Counted from the first letter of the stretch, positions 20,479 through 35,000 are shown. The stretch: 58,732 bases of DNA from Catajapyx aquilonaris (GCA_000934665.2 JYFJ02002349.1:1-58732); one strand, 5' to 3'. Notes: generated by a model not told the origin, from the sequence alone. Made by a program: numbers and translations.

Positions 20479-23400
20479 AGCTGGGTGAGCCGGACACTTT
20501 CATGGGCCAGCAGGCATCACCGCTGCCTCCAGTGACCAGCCCACCGACGCCTCCAGCCTCGGACCCCAAGCCGTTCACATACTTCAGCCAGAGTGTGGCT
20601 TCAGCGCCAGACCCATTCTCACAAGCGCCTCCAGTTCAGCCGCAGCCGCCACCACTGAATGCAGCAACTACGTTGTTTCAAGCACCTCCGTCACAGCCGA
20701 CACCATCGACATCACCAGCCATTATACCGTCTATGACCTTTTACAATCCGCCAGCATCGTCTGTGAGCCAACCTGTTGCGCCACCAGTGGGACCACCGCC
20801 AGTGACAACAACTCCAAACTCATACCGGTTGGGAGGTCAGAGGCCAGCATACGCACTGGCACCAGGGATAGCACCAGTGGGAATGGCACCAGGTCAGCAT
20901 GACTCTGGAGATGTTGTGCCAGATTCCTTGACACAACTGGCGCATAGCAGTGTGTACCAACCAGTAAAGCATCACTGGTTTTACTGTCGAATGGTTGAAG
21001 GCAAAGCAGTGTGGAAGACTTTTTCGCGAATTGACTCAAACTCACTTGAAACTGCATATCGTAGTGGTTCAGTCGCAGTAGTGCCCACAGATGGTGGTCG
21101 CTATGATGTCGATTTGCGCCGACATGTGCGTACTTCTGTTTACTGGCAGTCGGAGGAGGAATCGGTGAGGCGGTGCTCCTGGTTCCGCAAAGGACCTCAG
21201 GACAGTCGGTACATGCCATATGAGGAACCCACGGCGGACACGCTCGAGGAGGAGTATCGAATGGCAACCGTCGCAAATTCTTGGCATCGGCGGGTCGAGT
21301 TTCCCAATGGCGAGGCAGTTGTCATGCACAGCCCCACTGCGATTGTTCACTTCCAGGTTAGACATTTCCGTCTTCTGTTTTTCGCCTTCGTAAGTCTCAC
21401 TCTCTTGCTTTCCAGGCCTCAGGCTCTACCAATGAATGGGCACCTGAAGTCCGCCCGCATGTGGTTCACCGTGGTACTGAGGAATTCAGTGCGGAGGAAG
21501 GCGAGCATGTGCAGGTGGATCACTTAGTGTTTGTGGTTCATGGGATTGGGTCTGTCTGCGACTTCAAGTTCCGCTCCGTGTTTGAAGCAGTGGATGACTT
21601 CCGCAGCCTTGTTTCACCGTTGCTCCAGTGCCACTTTGCATCGGCCAATATCGGACGTGCAGAGTTCTTGCCCGTCTCGTGGCATCGCACTCTGCATGGT
21701 GACGACACCGGAATTGACAGGAAGATGGGTCCCATCACGCTTAGGAGCATCCCAAAGCTGCGGAACTTTACAAATGACACCCTGTTGGACATACTCTTTT
21801 ACACGAGTCCTGTTTACTGCCAAACAATAATGGACACTGTTGGAAGCGAAATGAACAGGATGCACAGGCTGTTCAAGGAGCGTAACCCTAATTTTACTGG
21901 CGGTGTTTCGCTTGTGGGGCACAGCCTGGGTTCAATGATTCTATTTGACATGTTGCTGCATCAGAAAGGGACAGACGCTCCAGTGACTGCACCACCTGCC
22001 CCGCATGTGTCAAGGGAAGGGTCGCCAGTACCAGGAAGCACCGCAGCAGGCCCAGTGGCGCAGACTGTGGAGGAACTTATGGAGCAGCTTGGTTTGCTTG
22101 ATTATATGGAGGGACTAGAGAAAGAGAAGGTTGACATGGATACCCTAAGGATGTGCACCGACGACGACTTGAAGGAGCTGGGACTTCCACTGGGGCCGAG
22201 GAAGAAAGTCCTTGCCGCGTTACAGGAGATGAAGCAGCCCATAATCAACAAATCGGTAGGAACAACAATATTTTGCCCATTGAATTACACAATGTGTTGC
22301 GGAATTGAGCTCGCATCCGTAATAGAAAGAGTATTTGAGTTATACTATGCGTTACTCTATATATCGGAAATTCTCTGTAATTGCTTAATCATATCCTAAA
22401 ATTGATTGCAATGACAAGGTTATGAAATGTGAGACTCTTGAATGGTTAATCAAAGTTTTGTGCAATTCATGCTGCATTGAGTCGTGATTTAAGGTAGGAA
22501 CGTTGCATTTTCATTGCAAAAGTTTTATGGGACTTATTTTCTCCTTATTTTCCGGCAGGATGGTAGTGAGAATGTGAAGTTGCCGCCAGTGCTGGAGCGA
22601 CGTGTTTCAGCCATTTCTGTCCCTAAGGTTGTGAACTACACCATGGGATTGGCTGGCACCGGGCAGCCGTTCATCACTTATCCGCAGCTGGACTTCTCTC
22701 CCGCTGCGTTTTTTGCATTGGGATCACCCATTGGTAAGATGAGCAGACGTAATTATTGCAACAGAGTTGTGCACCTTGTTACAAGTCATTCCATTTTTAA
22801 ACATTGGTTGCGTAAAATAAAGAGTTCTGATTTCTTACCAAAATGAAAACTTCACGACTGAGAGAACCAGGTCCTTAGCTCGGAGAGTTTGCAAGGAAGG
22901 TGGTGCCACAGTTTTGTGATAACATGCCCTTATCTAATATTTGATGTCATCTACTTTTCAGTTTGCGCCATAAAAACGTATGGTAATATATCTAAACGAT
23001 TGTAATATTTACTCTGTGTAATTTTATGGCCAAACACCAGCTGATAAACAATGAGTGTCACTCACTGTAGATGAGATATCAGCATGCTTCTATTATGAAA
23101 CTGAGGCGTTTTCTTTCATTTAAAATGTACCGGTACTGTTGCTAACGAGAGATGAAGCCAGGCTGGCCAAGCATATCCTGAAATCGCAATATCTTCACTT
23201 CCAGCCATGTTCGTGACTGTGCGAGGGATTGAAAATCTTGGGGAGGACTTCCGCCTTCCTACGTGTAGGGGAGTGTTCAACATTTTCCACCCGTATGATC
23301 CAGTGGCCTACAGGATGGAGACGCTTATTGATCCCAATCTTCTGGAGCTGCGACCTGTGCTCATCCCGCATCATAAGGGAAGGAAGAGGATGCACTTGGG

Positions 23401-24392
23401 TTAGTGCCTCGTCTGGTCGCTAATCTAATTGATTGCCAAGTATTATTTTCGCAAAATTGTTTAATCAGATTGCACACATGTGATCACTTTTTTTAACCAG
23501 AACTGAAAGAAACGATGCAGCGAGTCGGTGCCGACATAAAGCAACGCTTTCTGGACTCAATCTGGATGACATGGAACACGGTGTACCAGTTTGCCCGCTT
23601 CCACAAGACTGACCCAGAGTCAATCCAGCAAGAGGTAGACAAGGTTCTGGAAGAGGAATTGCAGAAGCGGCAGCAACAGGAAGAGGCTGGCAATGATTCA
23701 GACAGTGTGGCCTCCTCTGCAGCCGACCAGGAAATCATCGCAGGCCAGCTGAACAGCGGAAGAAGGATCGACTACGTTCTGCAAGAAGCTCCTCTCGAAA
23801 GCTTCAACGAGTACCTGTTTGCTATGAGCAGCCATGTTTGCTACTGGTGAGCGTCCCATTTGTGAAGTTCAAGCTGCAGTAATTGATGTACTGTTTTTCC
23901 AGGGAATCTGAAGACACAATGCTGCTCATTTTGAAGGAAGTGTACGCCTCGATGGGTGTGTCTCCGGACCCTCTGCCGGGATCGTCTCAGGCTACTCCAC
24001 CAATGAGCCGCCCTTCCTACAGCATGTCCCCTACTTCATCGCACGGAGCATCTGTCACATCCTTCCCTGCTCATTCGCTCATGACCACTCCTGCACAACC
24101 TCCGCCACCATCCTCACCACCTATGCCACCATTTTTGGCCATGGACCACCCTGTTGCTCCTTCGTTCCAACCCCCAGTTTCTGCGCCACCTTTCCAAGCT
24201 CCTGTTGCTGCCGCGGTGTCGTATCATCCGCCTGTTTCAATGGCCGACCCGCCACCGCAGTATGTCGGGGGGCGGCCAACGTCTGCTCCATCACCCCAGC
24301 AGGCTCTTGGGATGGATCCGACTGCCCCTCCGACGTCTTCCAGCGTTGGACCTCCCCCAATGTCGGGGTTCGTCAGACAGACACGTCACTAA
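20479..24392 (+). CDS. SEC23IP: SEC23-interacting protein / phospholipase DDHD2-like (Pro-rich N-terminus, WWE, lipase GxSxG, SAM, DDHD); 5' partial, at least 974 aa
   Basis: join(<20479..21356,21416..22255,22559..22733,23205..23399,23501..23846,23903..24392), phases consistent. Motifs: [49 protein letters not shown] ([14 protein letters not shown]), [31 protein letters not shown]. The first exon was not resolved; ATG G|GTATAA at 20327-20330 is one phase-compatible option. Confidence 0.9.
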
Positions 24393-24937
24393 CACTACTC
24401 TGCCCCACATAGTATTTATTATGGTTGGTTAAAACTGGTGCAAGGTCTTAACAAGGAATTATTGTTATTGAAATATGGGGACTTTAATGTTCAATTTGGA
24501 ATATGGCGGATTTTGTAAATATGTGATGAACTTTCCTGACCATAATTATATTGAAATATGGGTGTCTTGGTGATAATGGTAATTGATGATAATGTTTTCT
24601 GTAAATAATAGTCATTAAGGAAAGGGTGTCCAGACTAATGAAACTTAAATAACCAGAACCACGGTGCGTAAGATCAGTTTCCGGTAGCTCAAAAACACTC
24701 GGGCGATTCACCTGTGTAATTAGCAAGTGACACGGGGTCAGATCAAGTGGCCACGGAGCATTTTTAAGTCACCAATGCCAAAGTATTTATTGGAAATTTA
24801 CAACTGGTGTGAGACGAAACATGGAATTTTTGTTAATAAAAAAAAAAAGCATAAATCGTAGTCTAGGTATCCCAACTATTTATTCAAAAATTCAATCAAA
24901 TTGCAATGAACAAAGAATCGTTGCTGGTTAAAAGGCG

Positions 24938-27440
24938 TCAATCCAAGTAAGGGTATCCCAACTGGTCAAGCAATCGTGGCACACTTGAAAGACTAACAGG
25001 ATGCATGTAGGACTCGTACCGTCGTCGGGTCCACCACTGCTTGCGAACAGAAGCAGCCGTTTGTCCAGGACGTGCAAACTGGTATTGGTACAACTCGGCA
25101 CGGATGAATTTCGGCGGTTCCATCCCTTCAAATGGGTTGCGGGCTAGCAGCGAGGCAGCTTCGGGGTCGTTGCGTAGAAGTTTCTGGGACAGATGGACCA
25201 ACCAGGGATTTGACTGGTAGTCCTAAGAAATTGGGAAATAAATATAGGTATTTAACAAAACACTTAACAGTGGTCACAAGCCAATAAAATGAATGAACCA
25301 GAAATTTTGGGACTTGATCGATCGAAAGCTCCTTTTCCCGAATTACTTTTGACGTGATCTAAACTCTCCCACACTAACCTAAGAATTTTGATGACATGTT
25401 ACCCCTACCCACACTGACCCTGAAATATTGTGTATTCCCAGAAGATAGGACACGTCTGCAGACGTCCTCAACAAATTAATGGTATAATCGGCCAGAATGG
25501 GAATCCTGATCACCAAGATGCTGTTTAGTTGCGGTGCTTTATATAATTATGATGGTGTACTGATGGGGTAATGGAACCGGAAAAAAATTATGTAGGAGTG
25601 CTTGGTGGGGAAAAAAAAAGAATTTGCTATGTAAATATGTTGCACTTCTTGAGACCCATCCCAAAATTTGTAAGAATACGTAATTGCGTACGTACCTGAA
25701 AGGCAGCAAACCACATGAGCCAATCGAGCCTGTAGTGATAGGGGGAAATGAGGCAAGGCGCCTGGGACACGTTTCCAGGCTTGCACTTGAACTCGTACTC
25801 GAGCCATTGTGCGGACGGATCATGCGGATCGTCTGAATGCGTCCCCTGCAGTATGACTTCCCCTCTCTCCTTGGTGATGCTGCCAAATGCACCGTACGTG
25901 TTCACAATTCGGAAAGGCTCGAAACTGGTGTTCATTCGTTGGGCGGGCGAGAGCAGGTTGATGACAACAGGTACGCTCAGATAGGCAATCACAATGGCCA
26001 GGAACTTGTGCAAGTATTTTCTGGTTGGCTTCTCACGTTTTAAACCAGCCTCATCCTCTTGCTGGAACTTGACTACCTTCAAGTTGGAGGAAGCAAAGAG
26101 CGGGGACAGAAAGCGGTCATCGAAAAGCCAGATGCTCGGCAGGATTGTCAGCCAGTTAAGAAAGCTTAGGTTTCCGCTTGCTATCAGGATCGCCTGGAAG
26201 ACAATTTGGTTCAACCCACTCCTAGACGTTCCGGGGATTGGGTCCGTACCTGGAAGGCGATCTGGATTCCTCCGCAAAGCAACTGGAGCGGCCTGGAGAG
26301 GAAAGCGAAGGACGGTACGACCAACTCCACGAAATGGTTTCCTAGCACCTCAATCGCATGCCACCAACCAGGTAGGTAGTGCAGGTAGTACGACAGCGGA
26401 TTCGGTACTGGCTGGGTCTGCAGGAATATGTCAATTACGTGAAATTGGGGGCATTGTCAGTACTCTTACCTCATAGTGGTAGTGCATGCAGGTGAGCTTC
26501 TTCCAGCAGGCATCTCCTCGCAACTTGATGAGCCCAGCTCCAACCATGATGCGGAACAATAGCCAGCGGTTCCCCCACACCACCAGCCCAGGACTAGGCA
26601 GGGACGGCGGCATCCGGGACCAGGATACGGCCGGGACGAGCCAGATGGATAGGAAACCTGTCTCCAGAAGCTGCGACTCCCATCCAAAGCCATACCAGCG
26701 TTGACCTGCACAATTGGTGATTACAGTTACCGATATCAAAACTCTGTCATGTGATACCTACCGACGTTGACTAATGAGTGGTACAGCAGCCAAAGCGCAA
26801 CCATCGCCAGCATGTTGGCTGCGCCTGTCAGGATGATCAGAGCCGAGATGGTCATCCCAGCGATGGACACTGTGTCCAGCCAGGGATTGACATTGTCCCA
26901 AGGTTCGGCCCACCAAAATATGGACGGAGCTGCGAAGAAACTGTACAGCCTGCTTCCTTCATTCCTGTAATTAGAACGAAAACATGCAACATTCTCTGCC
27001 GGGACTTAACGAGGCGGAAAATGATACTGACTTTAACAGCTAGGTACTATTCGTCAGAAAGGCAAAGAGAATACTGTACAAGTCAAGCACGTTGTCCATG
27101 TAGTGTCGGATAGGCAGCAACCCATTGTCGCCCAGTAGTTGCTTGTTCTGGTTGTAAGCGACCAGAAAGGCCACAACTAAACCACACAATTCAGAATGTC
27201 AAAAATAATAAACGACAACAACAATCATAACGACATCCAGCCAAACTCACAGTAGATGAACGCAAGACTTCTCAGGAACACTATACGAGTCAGCCAGAAA
27301 GTTCCCTCGGCTATCTCCGGCTCTTCTGGTTTTGTCGGCTTCTCCTCATTATTTTCAGGCTCCGCTCGTGGCTTCCGTCCTTTGCTGAAGTCTAGAGTGT
27401 CCGGCCGTGGCCTCCTACTCCGCAGCTCACGCTCTTCCAT
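24938..27440 (-). CDS. LMF1: Lipase maturation factor 1 (about 558 aa, ER polytopic membrane protein)
   Basis: complement(join(24938..25222,25696..26193,26250..26417,26470..26705,26762..26964,27080..27176,27251..27440)) = 1677 nt. Motifs: TFWLTRIVFLRSLAFIYFVAF, QNKQLLGDNGLLP, GQRWYGFGWESQLLETGF, RWLLFRIMVGAGLIKLRGD, HYETQPVPNP, NTYGAFGSITKER, EYEFKCKPG, SPYHYRLDWLMWFAAFQ. The donor at 27079 is weak (GTACAG), so that boundary is approximate. Confidence 0.93.
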
Positions 27441-30400
27441 TATTCTGCAATCATATGCGTACATGCTCATGTCAAAATTTTTTGCACACATTCTATGTAA
27501 TACACTTGCATAATTTTAGTGAGGTTATTACACTGTATGTGGTGTTATTTTAGATATGCTTACCTATGAATACATACAACAATGCAAATCCATCAAAACT
27601 GCATAGCCATGTGGCTGATATCTCAGTGCACAACAATTAATGTACCTCATTAAAATGCTTACGTGTCAACCGTATCTACTTACTGTAATTAGGGAGTACT
27701 GCAATTACAGCTGATCATCCTGGAACGTCTGACAAGCAGCACCTGAAACAGAGACGTAAACAAAAAACGGCCACAACAATAATTCGCCAACAATGCTCAA
27801 GTGTTTCAAACAACAATTGCGGGGCAATTACATGATTGCATTTACCGATCATGCATCATTTAAAGCGCATTGAACGTGTCGAGATTACAATACTGGATGG
27901 TCGATACGATCGTGGTAACGATCGCGAAATTTTCGCGAAGGTCCCCTTTCGTTTGCCCAAAAAAAATTTCAGAAGAAGCACAAAAAAGTGGCCTCATTTA
28001 GTGCAGCAAAAATCGTGTCCAGCTAATTAAATAGAGGGGGTCCATTATGCCTATTGTTTTCGCCGGAGGAATTTGCAATAAATCAGAGTCTACTTGCGGG
28101 CAATTAGCGAATGAAAATGTTAAGCCGACGGAGAAAGTGACTTCCGACCTAATAAAACCGACCCGAAATTTTTGTTTAAAAAAAAAATTACTAGGGCTCC
28201 GGTTGAAAAAACTTGTCGCACTGTGCAAAAAAATTCGCAACATAGGCCACGCGCGTAATTGTAAACTGTACTGACAGCTCCAGACTTATTCCGGAAATGG
28301 GCACGGTGTATGACTATACACATATTGATCTTTACATGTATGACCTTTGCAGATTGGGTCGATTCAGTTTAATTAATTCATGCTGCACGTATATGATTGG
28401 CCAAATTGTGCTTTATAGCTGGAGGTCGTAACAATAATAGCTCCCCAGGTGTATACTGTTGGGCGCAACAATTGAGTGCAAAAATTTGCGAGAAAGTTAG
28501 GATGAGAGATTTTTTTTTTATAAAAAGAAAAATATATGTGAAGTGTTGAGGTCGTTGTTGGCATGAAACGTCTGATTGTCGATTCTGATTGTTGCGTGTC
28601 TGTGTGTGTGTGTTTCACTTTTCACGCGATGGAGCCAACAGAGTATGACCTGCACAATGACTGACCTTCCTCACATCACCCTTGGTACTTTACAGAGTAC
28701 GTGCAACAACCGAGAAATCATAGGGCGAGAGGTACAGGGTGCACCACATTTTGTAAGATCCGAAGTTCAGGATATAGTTCGGCCCACACAATAATAAACC
28801 GTTTGAAGCCATATCTAAAAAATCCGATTGTTGCTTTTCACTTTAAAACCGTGAGTGGGACAATTTATTTCATTGTCCTCATATTTGCGATTGAAGGTGG
28901 TCTTGAAGCAATAATGGACCACCCTGCATGTCCTCATGATCTCTTCTCTTCAGATAGTGAGGACAAAGTTTCCAGGAAGTGTCATTAGCACGCGATTGTC
29001 GTCTAGATAATGACACTTCTTATTGTTGGGGGAGGAAGTTAGGCGTTTAAACTAATGTGTGACAATAATGCTCTTCCGCGTCTAGAGGAGAAAATCCTTG
29101 CGATTTTTCGATGACACCCAAGTATATACCCGCACACGAATCGCCCTGGAAAATCCCATGGATATCCATAGGATGTAAATAGTATATCAATTGTCGTACA
29201 TCGCATGTAGTGAGTGTATTTTGCAATAATGAACCTCGTGAGTTCATAGGTCGCGAACTGCATTTTCTGCGAATTTTTCGTCCAATTTTACGTCCACAAA
29301 AGTGATGAGCTCTAATAATGAACACATTTGCGCAACAATGGATCGGGCAGCCTGATGTTTCGCAACCTCACTTTAGATCTGGTCCATTAGTCGTCTCTCT
29401 CCAATATGATGACCACCGTCTCACATATATAATCCTCTCTTACCGCACACCCCCCCCCCCCCCAATCGGCGCATGATAGAAAGTAATTGCGACACGTGCA
29501 ATAAGTAGCTTGAAGGGGGGTGGGGTCAAACAACAACATATAAGCCCCGCGCAGGTGTGTGTGTGTATGTGAAAGACTGCGAAATAAGACATGAGAGACC
29601 CCCAAAGGAACGAAAAAGGAGGTTGTGCCTTTCGCTGGCCAATATTGCCCCCCCTCCCTCAAGGGGTTTATTCTCTAGCTCCACACCCTCCAAACATCAC
29701 CTGATTATTATAACACTGGGTTATTGCTTCACTATATATATTTTACTGCCCGGATTCTGTAAGATCAGCTGGCCTTGAACCGCAACAATGAGGCAATCAG
29801 AATAGGTAGTAGTTGCCATAGTTTTCACAATTATTAGAGGACATGTGGCGGTCAGAGAGGGTGGGACCCACTTCAATGGTGGGCTTTGTCCGCGAGGTGA
29901 CTCATCACCAACGTGAATGTAGTACTGCTTTCCTCCTAAGCACGACAGTAGTGTGCACAGCCTATCCGCCAACTGCTATTGGCATATTGTACTACGTCCA
30001 AGTGCGGTGTTGCCAAAATACTACTAGTTTATATTCTTTTCCTGTACTTTTTGACCTGGGAACTTTGGTAGTGCTCCACACGCTATGGCCACTTTCTCTG
30101 GCCGAATATTACGTTTTACTACACCCTTCAAGGTGTGAAAAAAATTGGCAACAAAAAAAATAATTATTAAAGGGTTGTTGTACCTTCAGTGCGGTACAGA
30201 TGTGCGAACATGAGACGGGTGATGTCTCAATGCTTCTTCTCTTTTTCTTTGTGTGTGATGCTGCTGGGGTCGTTTACATGCGTACCACTTCGTCACGATC
30301 ACAAACTGGTTTTCTCTCATTTTTTCTTCTTCATCTTCTTCTTCGACGGCGTCCAAACATTAGCACGGACCACTCCATCAAATCCGTGACTCATCATCAT

Positions 30401-31100
30401 CAGAATCGGCCCCCGGCTTGTTTTCGCAACTAGAAGTCTCGAGGGACAATATCGTAACAGGCCCGCCTAAATAATGTGGGAGGGAGAGACAATCAGATGT
30501 GTGTGTGTGTGCAATTAGGATAAATGCTAATTGTATTTTTTTTTGCACTGGGGGGGACGACCCGCCTAATTTGACATCACGAATTATACGAGGATGGACC
30601 ATTACGAAGATAAGTAATGAGCTGTACTGAATGGTGCAAAAAGATGCGGACGCTTCTGAATAGGCAACAAAAAAATAATAATATATTTGCAGATGACCTT
30701 TTGCGGTAACTTCCTGTAATGGACTCCGTCTTATTAAATTGCACAATTTTCGCCAGAAGGGATGCAAGTGTTGACCTTTGCATTGTTCTCAAGTCGGTCC
30801 GGCATTGCAGCAATTATTCTGACATTAGACCCCCCATTCATTATGTTTAGCCGGGAAGAACTTCAGCAGCTCATGATCTCTCACGCAATTGATATGTAAC
30901 TCTCAGGGATTAACTCTGTAATGCACCCTAGAAAAACTTGGGATTAAATATGATTTACTAATGATGCTTCAAACACACACCATTCATGCTTATCCGCTGG
31001 GCCGTTGTATGGTTATTAAATCTAATATTTAATCTTTAAGGTCGGGCTTCACCAACCTGGTTAAAACTTAGAACCTCGTTTTTTTAAAACCAGAATATTG

Positions 31101-31181
31101 CCATTGTTGACAACAATCAAAAGTGAGGATTTTGGGGTGGAAAACTCGGATTTATAATATAACCTGCGGCTCGATGAAACC
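31101..31181 (+). repeat. Dispersed repeat fragment, copy A (inverted copy B at 57182-57255)
   Basis: CCATTGTTGACAACAATCAAAAGTGAGGATTTT...AACTCGGATT..TAATATAAC...TGAAACC matches the reverse complement of 57182-57255. Confidence 0.8.
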
Positions 31182-31304
31182 AGCAATAATTAAGATGTGC
31201 AAGAAAATTTCAAGTAGTTAAACCGAGTTAAACCGCGATTTTTTATTAAAATACTGCAATGCAAAAACAACTACATGACATGATATCATTCACATTTTAT
31301 GTCT

Positions 31305-31522
31305 GTACTTAAAATATTCATTTGAGCTAGTTATTGACAAAAACATTTTGTAGGCCTGGAAATGTAAATCATGCGAATTCGTTGAACTCGGTAAACCGAC
31401 GTTATTTTTTTCAAAAAAATAACTATGCGAAATTCAACGAATTCGCATGATTTACATTTCCAAGCCTAAAAAATGTATATTTTTTTTGGTCAATAACTGG
31501 CTCAAATGAGTACTTTAAGTAC
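31305..31522. mobile_element. MITE-like fold-back upstream of the Skeletor-like ATG
   Basis: Arms 31305-31386 and 31433-31522 are reverse complements (core GGAAATGTAAATCATGCGAATTCGTTGAA is exact), with a loop of about 46 nt. Confidence 0.8.
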
Positions 31523-32084
31523 CGGGCAATCATTTTAGGGCTATATCTCAATATTCTGTAAAATGACAGCGTCATGTTTTCCCCCATAATAAAACACTAT
31601 TTCCGTCTTAAATTATCTAGAAAGTGTCAACAGAAGCCCCTATTATACACTTGCTACACAGTGTATCGAAAGTACATTAACCACACTTTAAAGGGCCTAA
31701 CTACCTAATTACAGTGGGGGGGGTACCTCCTTCGAACCGCAATTTATTACACTCGTGTTTTTTAAAAAAAGGGAAAACTGTAATTATAGGTCCTCCTATA
31801 TGTGTCTGTCAAAGAGGAAGGATATTGTCCTGTGTGTTTGTGTGGTTCTGTCGTCTTCGACCAGGTGGCGCCAGCACCGTTTGGTTGGCGCCCCACATGG
31901 CGCAACCAGCTCCTTATAGTCGGCCCAGAGCACTCAGAGTCTTCAGAGAGTGTCCGGAGCCCTCACTGGGGTTGCCGAGCACTTAAAAAAAAACACACAC
32001 ACACAAAAAAAAGGAAGAAGGAATTTTGACAGTTCTAGTGAACACAAACGTCCAACCAGACTCATTAGAAACCACAGCTTAATT

Positions 32085-35000
32085 ATGTGGAGGGTCCTGC
32101 TTTTGGGAGCAGTCTTGCTGCAGTGTTTGGGTAAGCCTGATTTAATTAAGGGGGGGTTAAAGTGTGTTTATTTGGTGCGTGTTGATAATTGTTTTTTTTT
32201 GAGGGGGGGAAGGAAGATCTATGTCCTTTTCGCAACATCCGGGACCGGCCCGTAACTAGAGGTTGACACGTAACTTGATGCACATGGGCCCAGACCCGTT
32301 CGGGGTCGACCTTTTTACAAAAAAAATTAACCGGACAAACCTGTCCGAAAATTTTTGATAAATTGATCAAAATTTACTGTGCTAAAATTTTCAGGAATGT
32401 ACGCTAAATATGTGATGCAACTTATTTTTTTTGCGAGTTCAATTTCCGATTTGGTTCATGACCCTTATGACCCTCGGGGTTCACCGGAACTGGGATAATC
32501 ACACCTCTCCTGGTTGGAAGAAAAAAAAATCGTTTCAAGGTCGTTTCCCAAGTGTCCGATCGCATTTCGAGAACGTAAATTAAAGGCTTTAGAATTTATT
32601 TTTCTCGGGCAGTAATTCCGGGGCTGAGTAGGCTTTCCAACGGGATCTCGGCCTCTGAGGCGAAATCTCGCTTGGCCCATTGTTTCCTTTAAGGAGAGAA
32701 GAGGCGGGATGAGGTTTGGTCACTGTTGGTGTTGAAAACAAGAATCATAATTATATGCACACTCTTGATTTGTACACCTCGAATCAGACGTCAGGAATTT
32801 TTCTGGCATCAGGAATTCGCATTGTTTGGCTTTCTGAGAAATGACTCCTTAATGAGACTTTTGGTATGTCCCGAGCGATTGTGACATTCAGATGAATTTC
32901 ATGGCGAAATGTCGCGTAAATTTGTCATCCTGGGCGTCTTCACATTTCGTGCCATCTGAAAATTGACGGCCTAATAATTGCACCCACCGCTCTTTAATTA
33001 TATAAGAAAAGGGGCCCGTGACAATTAAAGCGCACTTTGCAAGAAGCACCAATTATTGCCACTCGACTGCACTAATTGCATTGCATTGTTACACAGAGTG
33101 CAGCTCCTTTTTCTTTGCGGCAGGATTCGCAGGAAACCGTTTAATGAAGCGCGTAGCGGATGTGTATGAAATTCCATAGAGAAGAGAATAGCTCATTTCT
33201 TCTTCTTCAGTTCTTCTTCTTCTTCTCCCATTCCTTTCTCTTTCTGCGGTGGTTTCTGTCGAAAGGGAAATGTCTGTTGGAAGTCGGGGACATGTAAAAA
33301 AAAAAAAAGGGCGTGGTGTCACTCGACGCCCACACTTTTTTAAGTCACCCTTTTTTGGTGACGCTTGCGGTTACGTCTTAACTTATATTCGGCGAATTTA
33401 CGAGTCAACGGGCCATGGATTTTGTCCTACTTTTTTTATGCATTCGAAACACACAATATTGGGAATTGTCACCAAGAATGGGGCCAGGGATTCCAGAAAA
33501 ACTGTATAATTTCGTCGGTTTTTTTTAAATCAGGAAAGGAGTTATTCAGGGCAAAGTACTTGGTTTGACAGCCTCATTACTTTTGGTAATTTAACGCCCC
33601 ATTTCTGTCTGTAAGTGTGGGAATATTCACTGAAAAGCTGGACGTCATCGGTGTAATGATAAAAACAGCAAAATATTCATTAAAAATCGACAGAGAAAAT
33701 CGAAGAGAGCAGAATAGTTTGTGTAAAAATTGACAGTTTATTAAAAACAATTAGCCATCGATTTTCATCTAATAAATTGATAGTTCACTTTTCATCGCTT
33801 CGGTCTTTTAGAGACTGCAATGCTAGAATGTGTAAAGATTCGCAAGAGTTTGTTAAACCATGTGTTTAAAAAATTATCCAGATCAATGGCACTTGCGAGA
33901 ATTACTCCCACGGTTCCTGCGCTCTGATTAATTTCCTGGGGAATTAATTTTTTTTCTTCTTCGTTGATTGGATGGGAATCAGAATGTTATTGAGAGTGAG
34001 AAATATTCCTATTGTTAATCCCCGTGAAAACGGCCTTGACTGGTTTAGAGTCGACATTGTCGAGTTTTCATGCCGACAATGCAGCAGGTCCGGTCCCCTC
34101 ACAAAATTAATATCCGGTGGGGAAAACTTACACCAATTTTCACGGAGAAAAAAAAAAGAGCTACATATTATGAAGAGAAGGAGTGGCCCCGTGGGGGGTG
34201 AAAGTGCACTTTGTAAAATTGTGTTGGGAGTATGTAGTGTGCATATGTGAGTGTTAGGTTGGGGTTGGCCTTGTCTGTCGCTTTGGAGAAACCTTTCACC
34301 TACATAGCCTACGTTGAACCCGAAATCTACGTGAGCAAAAGTGCCCACCAAGTTCAATGGACTCTATTGCCTCGAAAAGAAAACTCTTTTTATTCTGCTG
34401 TGTGTATACACGTTTAATTCGACCGGTAGCGTACACACACGTCCATCCACCCTTTTTTTGAACAAGGCCAGCAATCATGGTACTTAGATGTACTTTGCGA
34501 GAGCAATGTACTGTACCGCTTTCTTGTTCGGATCCATCCGGATTGGACCTTTCCTTGGAAAAATGTGGGACGGACACTTTTCCTGCTTCAGAGAGAGGGC
34601 CTGCTGGAGAGATTGTCAACACTTGCAGGGCACGACTATTATTAGTCGTCACAGTTTGGAGAATAGTTGTTTCCTCTCTTTTTTTTTGCACCTGTTGGGC
34701 TGACTATAATCCGCTGGTCATCACCTGCTTGAGAGTGAGAGTTGGGAGATGCTGCTATTTATTGCCTACTTCATTAGCGCAAATTTTTGTAAGCTAAAAA
34801 GATGGCTATTGTCGTCATAATTTTGCGAAAACATGGCTATATACGTTAACAAATTATTTCGTTATCAGCTCATATATTTTTTTGGAAAAATACTGCGTCG
34901 TTAAGAGAAAATAATAATGTGCGCAATATTTTCCCCCTTTCGTGTTTACTCGAATAGTAGTTCACTCATCTCAAGAATCTGGAGCATTTTAATGCTTTCT

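Noticed and set aside
30189..30433. Short hydrophobic ORFs resembling secreted peptides
   Set aside because: The hydrophobicity derives from T/C-rich simple sequence, with no splice, promoter or family support.
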